64,000 bases of DNA from an uncultured Robinsoniella sp. (GTDB lineage Bacteria > Bacillota > Clostridia > Lachnospirales > Lachnospiraceae). How positions within the stretch are numbered: position 1 is the stretch's first letter; every line of letters begins with the position of its first letter. The stretch spans positions 3,488 through 67,487 of the forward strand of contig CBCTVZ010000001.1 in NCBI GenBank assembly GCA_965150505.1, read 5' to 3'. The notes under the pieces were generated by a model that was given only the letters and a program-made list of their open reading frames with translations, ran no database searches and was not told where the DNA came from. A program made the position numbers and the translations under genes. Below, in pieces: positions 17,543-26,991 of this stretch.

Positions 17543-19357
17543 TTAGATTCCTAGATATTTTTTCCAAAATTCATAAGAAGTCATATATGCTTGTCTATCC
17601 TGATATTTCTTTCTGATCGTTTTCTGTCTCTGGTCAATCTCTTTAAATGTCTTTCTGTATCGTTTCACTAATTCTTTTCCACGCTTTTTGTCGAGCGTAC
17701 GGATCGCTCCTGTCTGCATATGAGGATTAACTGCAAGCAATTTCTTTCTCAAATACTGTCTGTGTGGTGCATAAAACCAGTCATATGCAATAACAGCTGG
17801 TTCTTTTTTCAACATAAAATCTGGACAGAACAGACCATTAAATGTCAGACGGTAAATAAATTTTTCTTTTCTTCCTCTTGGTCCATCTCCATATACCGTA
17901 TCAAGATCAACTGGAATATTTTTAAATTTAGAGAGAGGTTCAAACTGTTCATTCTTTGCGCCTTTCTCTTTCATGATCCGTTCTCCATCCGGTTTTTCAA
18001 AAAATGCCGGCCCTTTCAGATAATCGTCCACCGCATCCATCAGCAGTTCCGCGCTGTTATAATTAAATCGAAGCAGCTCTACTCTCGTAAACTTCCTCAT
18101 TCGCTCTACAAAATCAATATTCTGACAGATACCGCTTGCAGCCTGAATCGCAAGGCTGTTCCGATGCACCTGATATAACTCCATCGCTGCATTAAATTTC
18201 AAAGTAAATCCCATATGCCATACGCAGATACTGTTCATCGTGATAAATTTTGCATGGTTTCTCAGACTGTATTCTACGTCATCTCCTCTTACAAACAGAG
18301 GCAGCGGCAGATTGTCCAGTCTTGCAACTGTCGTTGGAATACAGCAGTACCACCAGCCTGCATACTGATTTTTTCTTTTTGCCCATGGTTCTTCATTTCG
18401 CACAACAGCATCGAGGCGCTGCATATCAAGACGATGTTTTACCGGTCCATAAGAGCCGTCATCATGTACATATCCAATGTCCTCATGCTGTTCGTTCATT
18501 CTCTCATAGTACAACATCGCGCCGCTGATAAAATGATTCTTATATTCTTCTTTTAAAAGAGTCAGCAAGCGATACGTTCTTTTTAAACTTTCTGGCAAAA
18601 TAATCACATCGTCATCCATCAAAAGAACATGGGTCGCCGGTTCTTTCTGCAAATTTGCTTCAATGATTCCACGCGAAAATCCTCCTGATCCTCCTGTGTT
18701 TGGATTTGGATGAATCCATAAATGATCGCATTCTAACTCTTCTTTATTTAAAGTTCTTCCATTATCAATGACATGGACATAGAAATTTTTTGCCATTTCA
18801 TCTTCTGCATTCAAAATTTCATCTTTTAACAACTGAATATTCGGCAGAATAAAATCTTCCTTTTTAAAAGTCGTTGTGGCAAGCGCCAGACGCACTTCTC
18901 TCTTTTCTGTCTCTGCAATCTCTGTCGCATAGTATCCGCTGTACAGACAACAATCTTTGTATCCTACAATCTGAAATCCTACGATTGTCACCTGATCGCT
19001 CACTTTTGGAATATCCAGAATCAATTCTTGTTTTTCATCTAAAGAAAAATTTTCTTCCGATAATACTTCTTCTTGAAATGGTCCTCTGTTCATGTAATAT
19101 CCGCTGATTCGGATTTTAAAGTTTCCTTTCATGGTGAGGCAAATCTTCACATTATCAATTTTCGTATACTTCATCCATTTTTTGATGGAAAAAGAATTAA
19201 AGTAAGCCGCAAAATCTACTGCATGATATTCTGCAATTCCCCAATATTCTTTATCTGCGCTTTGTTCCATTCCTTCTCCATAATAAAACATTCTGGTATA
19301 AGGAATAAAACGCTTTTGCGATGGAAATATAATATTCTGAAGTTTTGTCAATTTCAT
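17543..19357 (-). CDS. GlfT2-like GT2 glycosyltransferase (candidate galactofuranosyltransferase)
   Basis: ~600 aa, with NTGGSGGFSRGI, LLMDDDVIILPES, YAGWWYCCIP and RGDDVEY. The size, central GT-A and DDD motif recall mycobacterial GlfT2. The gene is linked to glf. Confidence 0.6.
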   Translation of the reverse strand: MKLTKLQNIIFPSQKRFIPYTRMFYYGEGMEQSADKEYWGIAEYHAVDFAAYFNSFSIKKWMKYTKIDNVKICLTMKGNFKIRISGYYMNRGPFQEEVLSEENFSLDEKQELILDIPKVSDQVTIVGFQIVGYKDCCLYSGYYATEIAETEKREVRLALATTTFKKEDFILPNIQLLKDEILNAEDEMAKNFYVHVIDNGRTLNKEELECDHLWIHPNPNTGGSGGFSRGIIEANLQKEPATHVLLMDDDVIILPESLKRTYRLLTLLKEEYKNHFISGAMLYYERMNEQHEDIGYVHDDGSYGPVKHRLDMQRLDAVVRNEEPWAKRKNQYAGWWYCCIPTTVARLDNLPLPLFVRGDDVEYSLRNHAKFITMNSICVWHMGFTLKFNAAMELYQVHRNSLAIQAASGICQNIDFVERMRKFTRVELLRFNYNSAELLMDAVDDYLKGPAFFEKPDGERIMKEKGAKNEQFEPLSKFKNIPVDLDTVYGDGPRGRKEKFIYRLTFNGLFCPDFMLKKEPAVIAYDWFYAPHRQYLRKKLLAVNPHMQTGAIRTLDKKRGKELVKRYRKTFKEIDQRQKTIRKKYQDRQAYMTSYEFWKKYLGI

Positions 19358-19377
19358 CCTTTCACTTTCCTCTCTTT

Positions 19378-21204
19378 CTATTTTTTTCTATTTTTTTGAT
19401 TCTCTTGCAAACTCAGATAATGATTCCAGAATTTCTCTTCTGTCAATTCCTTGTAGCGCGTTTTGTACTGTTCCTTTGCCGTATCATAATGGCGATCAAT
19501 ATAACGCATCACTTTAAAAAGTTTTCGGTAACACTCAAAAAACTGCCGTAAACTTCTCTTTACTGCAACTCCATTTCCATTTTGATCCATAAAAACAATT
19601 TTGTCTACCCTATATAGCCGGTAAACATTGTCATATGGCGTAACGACAAGCGCTTTTCCTCTCTTTGCCGGCAAGAAATATCCGTTTGCCGTCAAAATCT
19701 GAAGCATTTTTCTCTGATGACTGATGCTTTCTTCTTTTTGAAGCTTTGCAGATTGATCTGGATATAAGTCTTTCTCCTCTAATCCCCAATGACCTTTCCA
19801 TTCGTGTCTAGGCTTTGCCTTATAATTAAGAGCAAACACTTTTTGGTGTAGAAGCTGACCATCCTGCTGTTTCAGCCAGTCGATTCCTTTACAAAAATCA
19901 ATCGCTCCCCGCAGATTCAAGTCCACATATTGATACCGATATCTGGCAATATTTCCGCTGACCCACTTAAATAAAATCTGTTTGAACTGCCGTTTTCCAT
20001 ATTTTGGATCATGAATGGCATTTACAATCGCTAAATTTCGGATATCATAATACTCTAGCGTTCCAGGCATCTTATTTTCAAATGCCTCATGCCAGACGCA
20101 GATACCATTTAAGAACAAAAAGCCCACTCCTGTTCTGATCCCATATTCAATATCATCTCGATGAATAAAAATTGGAAGAGGCAGTTTTTCTTTTTTAATC
20201 ATTTTAACCGGAACGCAGCTATACCACCAACCCGTATATTCTACCGGCTCATTTTCTAACTCATTTTTTAAAACCAGCATCTTATCACGCATATCCCAGT
20301 TGTGATGAAGAGCATAAATATCTCCATTGTTCCACTGCGCTCCACATTCATATTGAATATATGGCGTATCCAAGCGCATCAATGCGCCTCCAATTGTATA
20401 ATCCAGATACCGTTCTTTTAAAAGAGTAAGCAAAACATACGTCCGCTCAATCGAAGCCGGAAGAATCACCGCATCGTCATCCATCATCACAACATGGGTC
20501 ACTTTATCACAACATTCCAAAATTCCCCTTGTAAATCCTCCTACTCCTCCGACATTTTTATTTTTAAACACAAAAATATCTGGAATTTGACTGATTTCTT
20601 TCGGCAGAGACTGTCCATTATCTGCAATATAGACAGAGATATTTCCATACAGCTCCGAATCTGGATTCTCCAGAAACGCTTTCTGCAAGATTTTCATATT
20701 TCTTTCCACGTATGCTTCTCTTTTAAAAGTACAGATATTTAATCCTAAATGGACAGTTCTTCTATGGCAATCTTTTGTGACATAAGAACCTCCGTACAAA
20801 ATTCCTGTTCCGCCGATGCTTTCACATGAGAAATAAAATAATCCTTCTTTTTCTAAAATGCCAAAGTCCAGTATTCTTTCTTCTTTTTTATCCGTATCAA
20901 TCATTTGTTCCAGAATCTTTTTTGTGTGACAGATGCCTTGGTGTAAAAATTTGTGATATAAGACAATACGGAACTTCCCCTGAAGAATCATCTTCAGAGA
21001 AACTTCCGTTACAGTTGTGTATTTCTTCCATTTTCCCGACGAAAAACTGTTTAAATACGTATCAAATTTGATCTTCTGGCCTTCCTGTAAAAATATTTCT
21101 CCATTGACCGGTCCGTATTCCAGTTTTTCTTTGCTGTCATAATATAAGGCTCTCTTTTCTTTTTCCATTTTCGCAGGAAAAAGCAGTTTCTGCAGTTCTA
21201 TCAT
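19378..21204 (-). CDS. GlfT2-like GT2 glycosyltransferase, paralog of 17543-19357
   Basis: NVGGVGGFTRGI, VMMDDDAVILPAS, YTGWWYSCVP and HRDDIEY. The likely start is ATG 21204 (MIELQKLLFP, RBS AGGGTG), which matches the paralog N-terminus MKLTKLQNIIFP. Confidence 0.6.
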   Translation of the reverse strand: MIELQKLLFPAKMEKEKRALYYDSKEKLEYGPVNGEIFLQEGQKIKFDTYLNSFSSGKWKKYTTVTEVSLKMILQGKFRIVLYHKFLHQGICHTKKILEQMIDTDKKEERILDFGILEKEGLFYFSCESIGGTGILYGGSYVTKDCHRRTVHLGLNICTFKREAYVERNMKILQKAFLENPDSELYGNISVYIADNGQSLPKEISQIPDIFVFKNKNVGGVGGFTRGILECCDKVTHVVMMDDDAVILPASIERTYVLLTLLKERYLDYTIGGALMRLDTPYIQYECGAQWNNGDIYALHHNWDMRDKMLVLKNELENEPVEYTGWWYSCVPVKMIKKEKLPLPIFIHRDDIEYGIRTGVGFLFLNGICVWHEAFENKMPGTLEYYDIRNLAIVNAIHDPKYGKRQFKQILFKWVSGNIARYRYQYVDLNLRGAIDFCKGIDWLKQQDGQLLHQKVFALNYKAKPRHEWKGHWGLEEKDLYPDQSAKLQKEESISHQRKMLQILTANGYFLPAKRGKALVVTPYDNVYRLYRVDKIVFMDQNGNGVAVKRSLRQFFECYRKLFKVMRYIDRHYDTAKEQYKTRYKELTEEKFWNHYLSLQENQKNRKK

Positions 21205-21214
21205 ATTTTTCACC

Positions 21215-21967
21215 CTATTTCTTTTCCTGTTCCAGTGCTTCCATGTAAGCGTCACAGACCGTATTGACCTCTCCTGCCATCATCTGCTCCCCTTTGTTGA
21301 TCCAGATTGCATGATCACACAGTTTTTTTACAGAATCAATATTGTGTGAAACATATAAAAGCGTTGTGCCTCCACCGAGCATTTGCGTCATACGCTGATT
21401 GCATTTTTTTCTAAAACGCGCATCTCCAACTGCCAAAATTTCATCCACCACTAAAATATCTGGGTTGACCATCGTAGCCACTGAAAATCCCAGTCTTGCT
21501 TTCATACCCGAAGAGAAATTTTTGATCGGAGAATCCAAAAACTGATGCAGATCTGCAAATTCTACAATTTCATCAAAATGCTCATCCATAAATTTCTTAG
21601 AATGTCCCAAAACAGTTCCATTCAGATAAATATTTTCTCGCGCAGTCAAATTCATGTCGAATCCTGCTCCCAGTTCAATCAGCGGTGCGATCTCTCCTCG
21701 TACAATCACTTCCCCTTTATATGGCTTCATGATTCCGCTGATCGCCTTTAATAAAGTGGACTTTCCTGAACCATTTGTTCCGATCAGTCCCCAAGCTTCC
21801 CCTTTTTTTATCTTTAAATTGATATTTTTCAGAGCTAAAAACTCCTGAAACATCAATTCTTTTTTCACCAGTTTAACAAAATATTCTTTTAAATTATCTA
21901 CTTTCTCACTCGCCAAATTAAAACGGATTGTGAGATCATTTACTTCAATGATATATTTTTCTTCCAT
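21215..21967 (-). CDS. Polysaccharide/teichoic-acid export ABC ATP-binding protein, short form without a C-terminal binding domain
   Basis: Walker A GTNGSGKST, signature FSSGMKARL and Walker B ILVVDEI. The likely start is MEEKY at 21967, after GGTGGA. The longer ORF-track start overlaps the permease gene. Confidence 0.85.
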   Translation of the reverse strand: MEEKYIIEVNDLTIRFNLASEKVDNLKEYFVKLVKKELMFQEFLALKNINLKIKKGEAWGLIGTNGSGKSTLLKAISGIMKPYKGEVIVRGEIAPLIELGAGFDMNLTARENIYLNGTVLGHSKKFMDEHFDEIVEFADLHQFLDSPIKNFSSGMKARLGFSVATMVNPDILVVDEILAVGDARFRKKCNQRMTQMLGGGTTLLYVSHNIDSVKKLCDHAIWINKGEQMMAGEVNTVCDAYMEALEQEKK

Positions 21968-21983
21968 ATTTCCACCATTCTCT

Positions 21984-22784
21984 TTAGATATATAAGATAA
22001 ACCGATCCTGTGACCGTTTAAATGTCCAAGCGCCAATTCCAAGTGTCACAAGCGCAATGACCCATCCCATGATAAAGATTCTCGGCTCTGTCATCTGTCC
22101 CTCATAGACAAAATCACGGAATTGTTGAATATAGTAATATAATGGGTTAAATGTTTTGATAAAACTCTGAAGCTGTACTGGCAAGGAAGAAAGCGGATAG
22201 AAGATTGCAGACAGATACATCCACGCTGTTGTGATTGCCTTATAAATATACTGCATATCCCTGAAAAATACGTTTGCCTGTGCCAGAAACAGTCCTAATC
22301 CCATACAGAAAATATAAATCTGAACAATTACAAATGGGAATAAGAAAAAATATGGCGTAAATTTTGCTCTTGTCACAATCATTACTATCAAAAGAGCGCC
22401 AAGTGAAAGTACAAAGTCTACAAGACAGCTCGTCACTTTTGCAAATGTAAAAATATACTTCGGCACATACGTCTTTTTAATCAGCGAAGCATTTGCTATA
22501 ATCGATCTCATTGCTGCGTTTGTAGAAGTTGTCATAAACTCAAATAATGTTCGTCCCGTTAAAAGATAGACCGGAAAATTTTCAATATGCTTGTCAAACA
22601 TCGTTGAAAATACGATCGTCATAACAATCATAATCAATAACGGATTCAGAACGCTCCAGACATATCCAAGGAAACTTCTTCTATACTTCAGTTTTAAATC
22701 TCTTGATACCAGCTGAACGACAAGATCCTTATATTTATAAAATGTCTGTATTTCTGATTTTAATGCATCCATCTGCTTTTCCAC
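21984..22784 (-). CDS. ABC-2 type export permease (second Wzm/TagG-type)
   Basis: SRDLKLKYRRSFLGYVWSVLNPLL motif and six TM segments. It sits upstream of the short ATPase. Confidence 0.85.
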   Translation of the reverse strand: MEKQMDALKSEIQTFYKYKDLVVQLVSRDLKLKYRRSFLGYVWSVLNPLLIMIVMTIVFSTMFDKHIENFPVYLLTGRTLFEFMTTSTNAAMRSIIANASLIKKTYVPKYIFTFAKVTSCLVDFVLSLGALLIVMIVTRAKFTPYFFLFPFVIVQIYIFCMGLGLFLAQANVFFRDMQYIYKAITTAWMYLSAIFYPLSSLPVQLQSFIKTFNPLYYYIQQFRDFVYEGQMTEPRIFIMGWVIALVTLGIGAWTFKRSQDRFILYI

Positions 22785-23779
22785 CTTTCTGAAATGTCAA
22801 ATACTATTTTTGCCGCAGGATAAAGAGAGCAGGAAGATGCCCGCAGCATCCGTACTGCTTTATTTGTCACTTTTCCGTAAATAACCGGATATTCTTTTTT
22901 TACCATTCGGTCAAACTGCATCATCTTTTTCCTTTGTTTGCGGCTGATCGGATAACTCAAAAATATTTTAAATCGGCTCGTCACCATACGCGCCAAAATG
23001 TTTTCTATATAATTCAAATAATACTGTGCAATCCCTTTTTTTCTTTGTTCTGTATAATACTCCAGCAATCTGTTTAATACGCGGTCAAAATTTTCTTCAT
23101 GACGCTGCATTCCTTTTAAATTCATGCTTTGCGTCGGAAGTCCGATTCGATAGCGATACACATATTCGTCAAGACAAGTCACCGTCTCTATATAAGGAAT
23201 CGGGAAGACCACAAATTCCATATCTACATAATAACAGTGTTCGTCTAATTTCGGCATATATGTTCTAAGTAGTTCTGTCTTAAATGTCACTGCGTGCATT
23301 TTAAAATAGGCATCGTTTCCAATTTCTGAAAATCTGTACTCCCGTCCATATTCTACATTTTGAAACGGATGTTTTCTCTCTGCTTTTACTCTGTTCGTCC
23401 CATCCGCCAGCCAGCAATAATTTGTCACGACAAGGTCAGACTGCGTTACACTGAGACATTTCATCAGATTTTCAAACGGTATTTTTTTTACATAGTCATC
23501 AGAATCCACCACTTTAAAATATTTACCCTTGGCCGCCTGCAGCCCGCAATTAATCGTCGATCCATGACCTCCGTTTTCTTTGTGAATCACCCGAAAAATT
23601 TCCGGCATATCCCGCACAAATTTTTCTGCAATTTCTGAAGAATGATCGGTTGACCCGTCATCCACAATCAAGACATCCAGTTTCTCCTTCCATCTTGGGA
23701 GTGCAAAGGATGACAGACATTCTTCTAAATATTTTTCCACATTATAAGTAGGAACTACTACCGTCAATATTTTTTCCAT
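22760..23779 (-). CDS. GT2 family glycosyltransferase
   Basis: LTVVVPTYNVEKYLEECLSS...VLIVDDGSTDHS...VDSDDY. The likely start is ATG 23779, after GGAG. Confidence 0.8.
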   Translation of the reverse strand: MEKILTVVVPTYNVEKYLEECLSSFALPRWKEKLDVLIVDDGSTDHSSEIAEKFVRDMPEIFRVIHKENGGHGSTINCGLQAAKGKYFKVVDSDDYVKKIPFENLMKCLSVTQSDLVVTNYCWLADGTNRVKAERKHPFQNVEYGREYRFSEIGNDAYFKMHAVTFKTELLRTYMPKLDEHCYYVDMEFVVFPIPYIETVTCLDEYVYRYRIGLPTQSMNLKGMQRHEENFDRVLNRLLEYYTEQRKKGIAQYYLNYIENILARMVTSRFKIFLSYPISRKQRKKMMQFDRMVKKEYPVIYGKVTNKAVRMLRASSCSLYPAAKIVFDISERWKSRWMH

Positions 23780-23861
23780 AATCGCTCCATTCAAAAATGA
23801 TTTGCTTCCCTTTTTATTCGCCCTATTATATCATAGCAATATTTTGAAGTAAAGCAAACAT

Positions 23862-24635
23862 TCACAATCTGCTTTTTCTGACAACTGCCGCTGTATATTT
23901 CCAAACGCCATGAAAGGCATATCGCACAAAGCAAAGGACAGACTGTGGTAAAGAAAATCCCATATATTGATATACTTTCCATGTCATTTTTGCCGCTTTT
24001 AACTTATTGCCTGACTTTCCTGTACTGCTCAGTCTGTATTTCAAAAACGGCTGATTTATCCCGCAGCCATCTCCATACCGCTTTAAGATCTTCAGCCATG
24101 TAAGATAATCTTCGTGGCAGTCATCATGCTCCATCGGCACGGATTGTATCACTTCTTTTTTAATCAGCACAGAAGAACACGCAATACAATTATGAGAAAG
24201 CATCTTTTTATATGTGATTTTCTCAGGAACAGGAATAACTCTTCCTGTCTTCTTGCCATCCGGTGTCAAAAGCTCACGGGCAGTCGTGCATAAAACGGCA
24301 TTTGATTTTTCCATCACATCAAGCTGGCGCTGTAATTTTCCCTTCTCCCACCAGTCATCTGCGTCCAGAAAGGCAATATATTCTCCCTCTGCCATTTGAA
24401 CCCCTTTGTTTCTTGTTGCAGCCGCTCCTATATTTGTGCTGTTTTTCACATAGCGGACCCGTTCCTCTTTTTTATACGCTTCCATCACACGATCCAGCTT
24501 TTCATCATATCCATCTGCCAAAACTAAAATCTCAACATCAACGTTCTGAACCATCACGGAATGAATCGTTTTTCTGATTGTTTCACTGCACTGATACGCT
24601 GGTATGATTACGGAAACAAGCGGTTTATTTTTCAT
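23862..24635 (-). CDS. GT2 family glycosyltransferase
   Basis: VSVIIPAYQCSETIRKTIHSVMVQ...ILVLADG...LDADDWW. Confidence 0.8.
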   Translation of the reverse strand: MKNKPLVSVIIPAYQCSETIRKTIHSVMVQNVDVEILVLADGYDEKLDRVMEAYKKEERVRYVKNSTNIGAAATRNKGVQMAEGEYIAFLDADDWWEKGKLQRQLDVMEKSNAVLCTTARELLTPDGKKTGRVIPVPEKITYKKMLSHNCIACSSVLIKKEVIQSVPMEHDDCHEDYLTWLKILKRYGDGCGINQPFLKYRLSSTGKSGNKLKAAKMTWKVYQYMGFSLPQSVLCFVRYAFHGVWKYTAAVVRKSRL

Positions 24636-26049
24636 CTTGCCATCCCTTTTCTATCTCACTTTTTTTCGGATTCTTATGATTTTCTTTCGTGGCGGCTGTC
24701 ACTTGCCACTGTTCCACCCCTTCTGTATTTTCTTTTTGGAATAGAATCTTAAATGTTGTCATTAAAATCTGTATATCTAATAAAAAGGAATAATTTTCAA
24801 TATAGGTCAAATCAAGCTTTAACTTATCATATGGCGTTGTATTATATTTTCCATATACTTGCGCATATCCTGTCAATCCAGCTTTCACTTTCAGCCGGTA
24901 AGGAAATTCTGGAATTTCTTTTGTGTACTCCGCAGCAATCTCAGGTCGTTCCGGTCTAGGGCCTACAAGCGACATATCGCCCTTGATGATATTAAAAAGC
25001 TGTGGAAGCTCATCAAAATGAATATTTCTTAGAACGCGTCCAATCGGCGTAACACGGCTGTCCCCTTTCATTGCAAGTCTTGCTCCGGCTGTCTCAGAAT
25101 CTACTCTCATACTCCGAAATTTATATACTTGAAAAATACGTCCATCGGTAGTCAGACGATCTTGCTTATAAAAAACAGGTCCTCTGTCATATGCCTTAAT
25201 CAAAATGGCAATGACAATCATAATCGGAGATGCCAAAATCAGTCCTGTCAGAGAACAGACTAAGTCAAAAATCCTCTTGCAGATCTGCTGTTCGATTGTC
25301 AGCCTTCTATTTCGAAATAACAAAAGAGGTGAATCAAATAAATGAATTTTATCGGAACTCATAATCATGATATCAGAGATCTTCGGAACGGAATAGCATC
25401 GGATATCTTTCTCGAAACAATACTTTAAGTATAAATTTCGCTCATGGGAAGGCATATCTCCCAGAACGACGGCGTGATATTCATTGATTCTTTCTTTGAT
25501 TTTCTGTTCTCCTAAACTTAAATGAACCGCCTCAGAAATCTGATACTTATCCTCTCTCTTCGATATTTTTTCCATCAGTTCTACGGGACTGTAATCCCCA
25601 TAAATAAAAAGCATACTTCTCGGCGGATAAATCCTGCTGTAAATCCACCGCATAAAGACCGTCCAGATCAGAACGACAAGGAGTTCCACACACGTCAGCC
25701 AGATCATTGGTTCTATGTGATGAAGAAATTTCCATCGACCGATTAAAGCCAACTGTAAATAAGCAATGGCATTTGTAAAAAGTACCGAGATGACTTGGGA
25801 AAATAAAACCTCCACGACTCTTAAGTAGCCCACTTTAAATCCGCCAAAAACTTTCAAAAACAAAAACAAAATGACTCCATACAGCGCAATTAATGCCCAG
25901 TTTCCCCTATAAAAATACTTAATCTTAATAATTGCCCGATCATTGTACTGCTGAAACCACACATATGCAAATAATCCTGTCTGTATTGCCATGATCAGTG
26001 CAGAAGCCAGAAACATAATTAACCGTTTATATTGCTCTCTTCGCTCCAA
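24625..26049 (-). CDS. Polyprenyl-phosphate glycosyl-1-phosphate transferase (large WbaP/EpsL-type initiating PGT)
   Basis: N-terminal TM bundle and a C-terminal bacterial sugar-transferase domain: KRIFDLVCSLTGLILASPIMIVIAILIK...GPVFYKQDRL...KFRSM...DELPQLFNIIKGDMSLVGPRPERP. Confidence 0.9.
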   Translation of the reverse strand: MERREQYKRLIMFLASALIMAIQTGLFAYVWFQQYNDRAIIKIKYFYRGNWALIALYGVILFLFLKVFGGFKVGYLRVVEVLFSQVISVLFTNAIAYLQLALIGRWKFLHHIEPMIWLTCVELLVVLIWTVFMRWIYSRIYPPRSMLFIYGDYSPVELMEKISKREDKYQISEAVHLSLGEQKIKERINEYHAVVLGDMPSHERNLYLKYCFEKDIRCYSVPKISDIMIMSSDKIHLFDSPLLLFRNRRLTIEQQICKRIFDLVCSLTGLILASPIMIVIAILIKAYDRGPVFYKQDRLTTDGRIFQVYKFRSMRVDSETAGARLAMKGDSRVTPIGRVLRNIHFDELPQLFNIIKGDMSLVGPRPERPEIAAEYTKEIPEFPYRLKVKAGLTGYAQVYGKYNTTPYDKLKLDLTYIENYSFLLDIQILMTTFKILFQKENTEGVEQWQVTAATKENHKNPKKSEIEKGWQDEK

Positions 26050-26148
26050 ACATATAACCTCATTTCTACATTTATTTTCATCATTAAAAGAGCAGAATCA
26101 GGATGGAAAAGCGTTCTGTTCTGCCGTTTAGCCTTTTAAACTGATCTC

Positions 26149-26177
26149 ATTATAGAACAAACTTCGTAAAAAAACAA
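26149..26177 (-). promoter_or_regulatory. Candidate sigma-A promoter of the glycopolymer operon
   Basis: On the minus strand: TTGTTT (26177-26172), a 17-nt spacer, then TATAAT (26154-26149). It lies ~100 nt upstream of the PGT start and right after the terminator at 26181-26225. Confidence 0.35.
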
Positions 26178-26180
26178 TAA

Positions 26181-26225
26181 AAAAGACATTTCCTGCTTTT
26201 ACAATCGCTGGAAATGTCTTTTTTT
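26181..26225 (-). terminator. Rho-independent terminator after the 247-aa membrane protein gene
   Basis: An 11-13 bp stem, AAAAGACATTTCC / GGAAATGTCTTTT. On the minus strand it is followed by TTTTTATTGTTTTTTT. Confidence 0.65.
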
Positions 26226-26235
26226 GCTTGTTTTT

Positions 26236-26979
26236 CTACATTCTCTTATAGACACAGTACATACCTGTATCTCCTAAAAGTGTCCAACCTGCTTCTTCCG
26301 GCATAGATTGAAAGAGAGCATCTGCCTTTATTACGATATAAGAACATTTATAATATTTTGCCACTTTCTCTAAATATTCCACATCGATCACTTCCTGCTG
26401 CAAAGCATCCATAACACGAGTCAGATTGGAGGAATATCCTCTTCTTCCATACAGCATTGTCACATCTGCTGAGTATTGACGCACATATGTGATTAAATCC
26501 GGATGGACAATGGCTCTTCCTTCTGCTCCATCCTCGATAATCAGTTCACATACTCCTGCTGCCTGATCTGGTATTTTATATGTATTCTCTGCTTTTGTGA
26601 AATTTTCCTGTGTATAGATCCATTTACCGCCTATTATGATCATTGCCGAAAACATGATACACGCAAAAAGACGCATAAACCATTCTTTTCTCTCCCATGC
26701 GACATCTGTCACTACATAGGCAATTAAAGGAAGCAGGGGTAAGGTCCAAAAGACTCTCCAGTAAACATTTCCTTCCAGCATTTTCTCAACGATAGCCGCC
26801 ACAATAGGATTAAAAATCAAAATAAGCAATATGATTGCAGCATACGCAAAAAGTCCCGCCTTTTTTCTTGCACGCTTACGGATGATAATATATAGCAATG
26901 CCGCAATCATGAAATAAAAATACCATCCATCGGCAAAATACTGCCAAAATGCCTGTACTGCCGTCTCAAAATGATTCAT
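26236..26979 (-). CDS. Membrane protein with ~4 N-terminal TM segments and a soluble C-terminal domain; function unknown
   Basis: Hydrophobic N-terminal half, and a hydrophilic C-terminal ~120 aa. The RBS GGGGGA lies 12 nt after the stop of the upstream polytopic gene. Confidence 0.5.
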   Translation of the reverse strand: MNHFETAVQAFWQYFADGWYFYFMIAALLYIIIRKRARKKAGLFAYAAIILLILIFNPIVAAIVEKMLEGNVYWRVFWTLPLLPLIAYVVTDVAWERKEWFMRLFACIMFSAMIIIGGKWIYTQENFTKAENTYKIPDQAAGVCELIIEDGAEGRAIVHPDLITYVRQYSADVTMLYGRRGYSSNLTRVMDALQQEVIDVEYLEKVAKYYKCSYIVIKADALFQSMPEEAGWTLLGDTGMYCVYKRM

Positions 26980-26991
26980 CTCAGCATCCCC

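Noticed and set aside
17720-18178. Long antisense ORFs inside well-supported genes. Examples are 17720-18178, 31161-31643, 40155-40589, 40641-41030, 50424-50906, 52414-52851, 35569-36018 and 63150-63557.
   Set aside because: Each is fully embedded in a gene with clear family motifs. Their compositions are low-complexity and typical of off-frame translation of AT-rich DNA, and none has a convincing RBS.
21968-22042. The 25-aa N-terminal extension of the short ABC ATPase. Similar ORF-track extensions occur at 21205-21255, 23780-23794, 15095-15100, 61358-61384, 36876-36902 and 38267-38299.
   Set aside because: Internal start codons with proper RBS spacing remove the overlaps with upstream genes and match the paralog or family N-termini.
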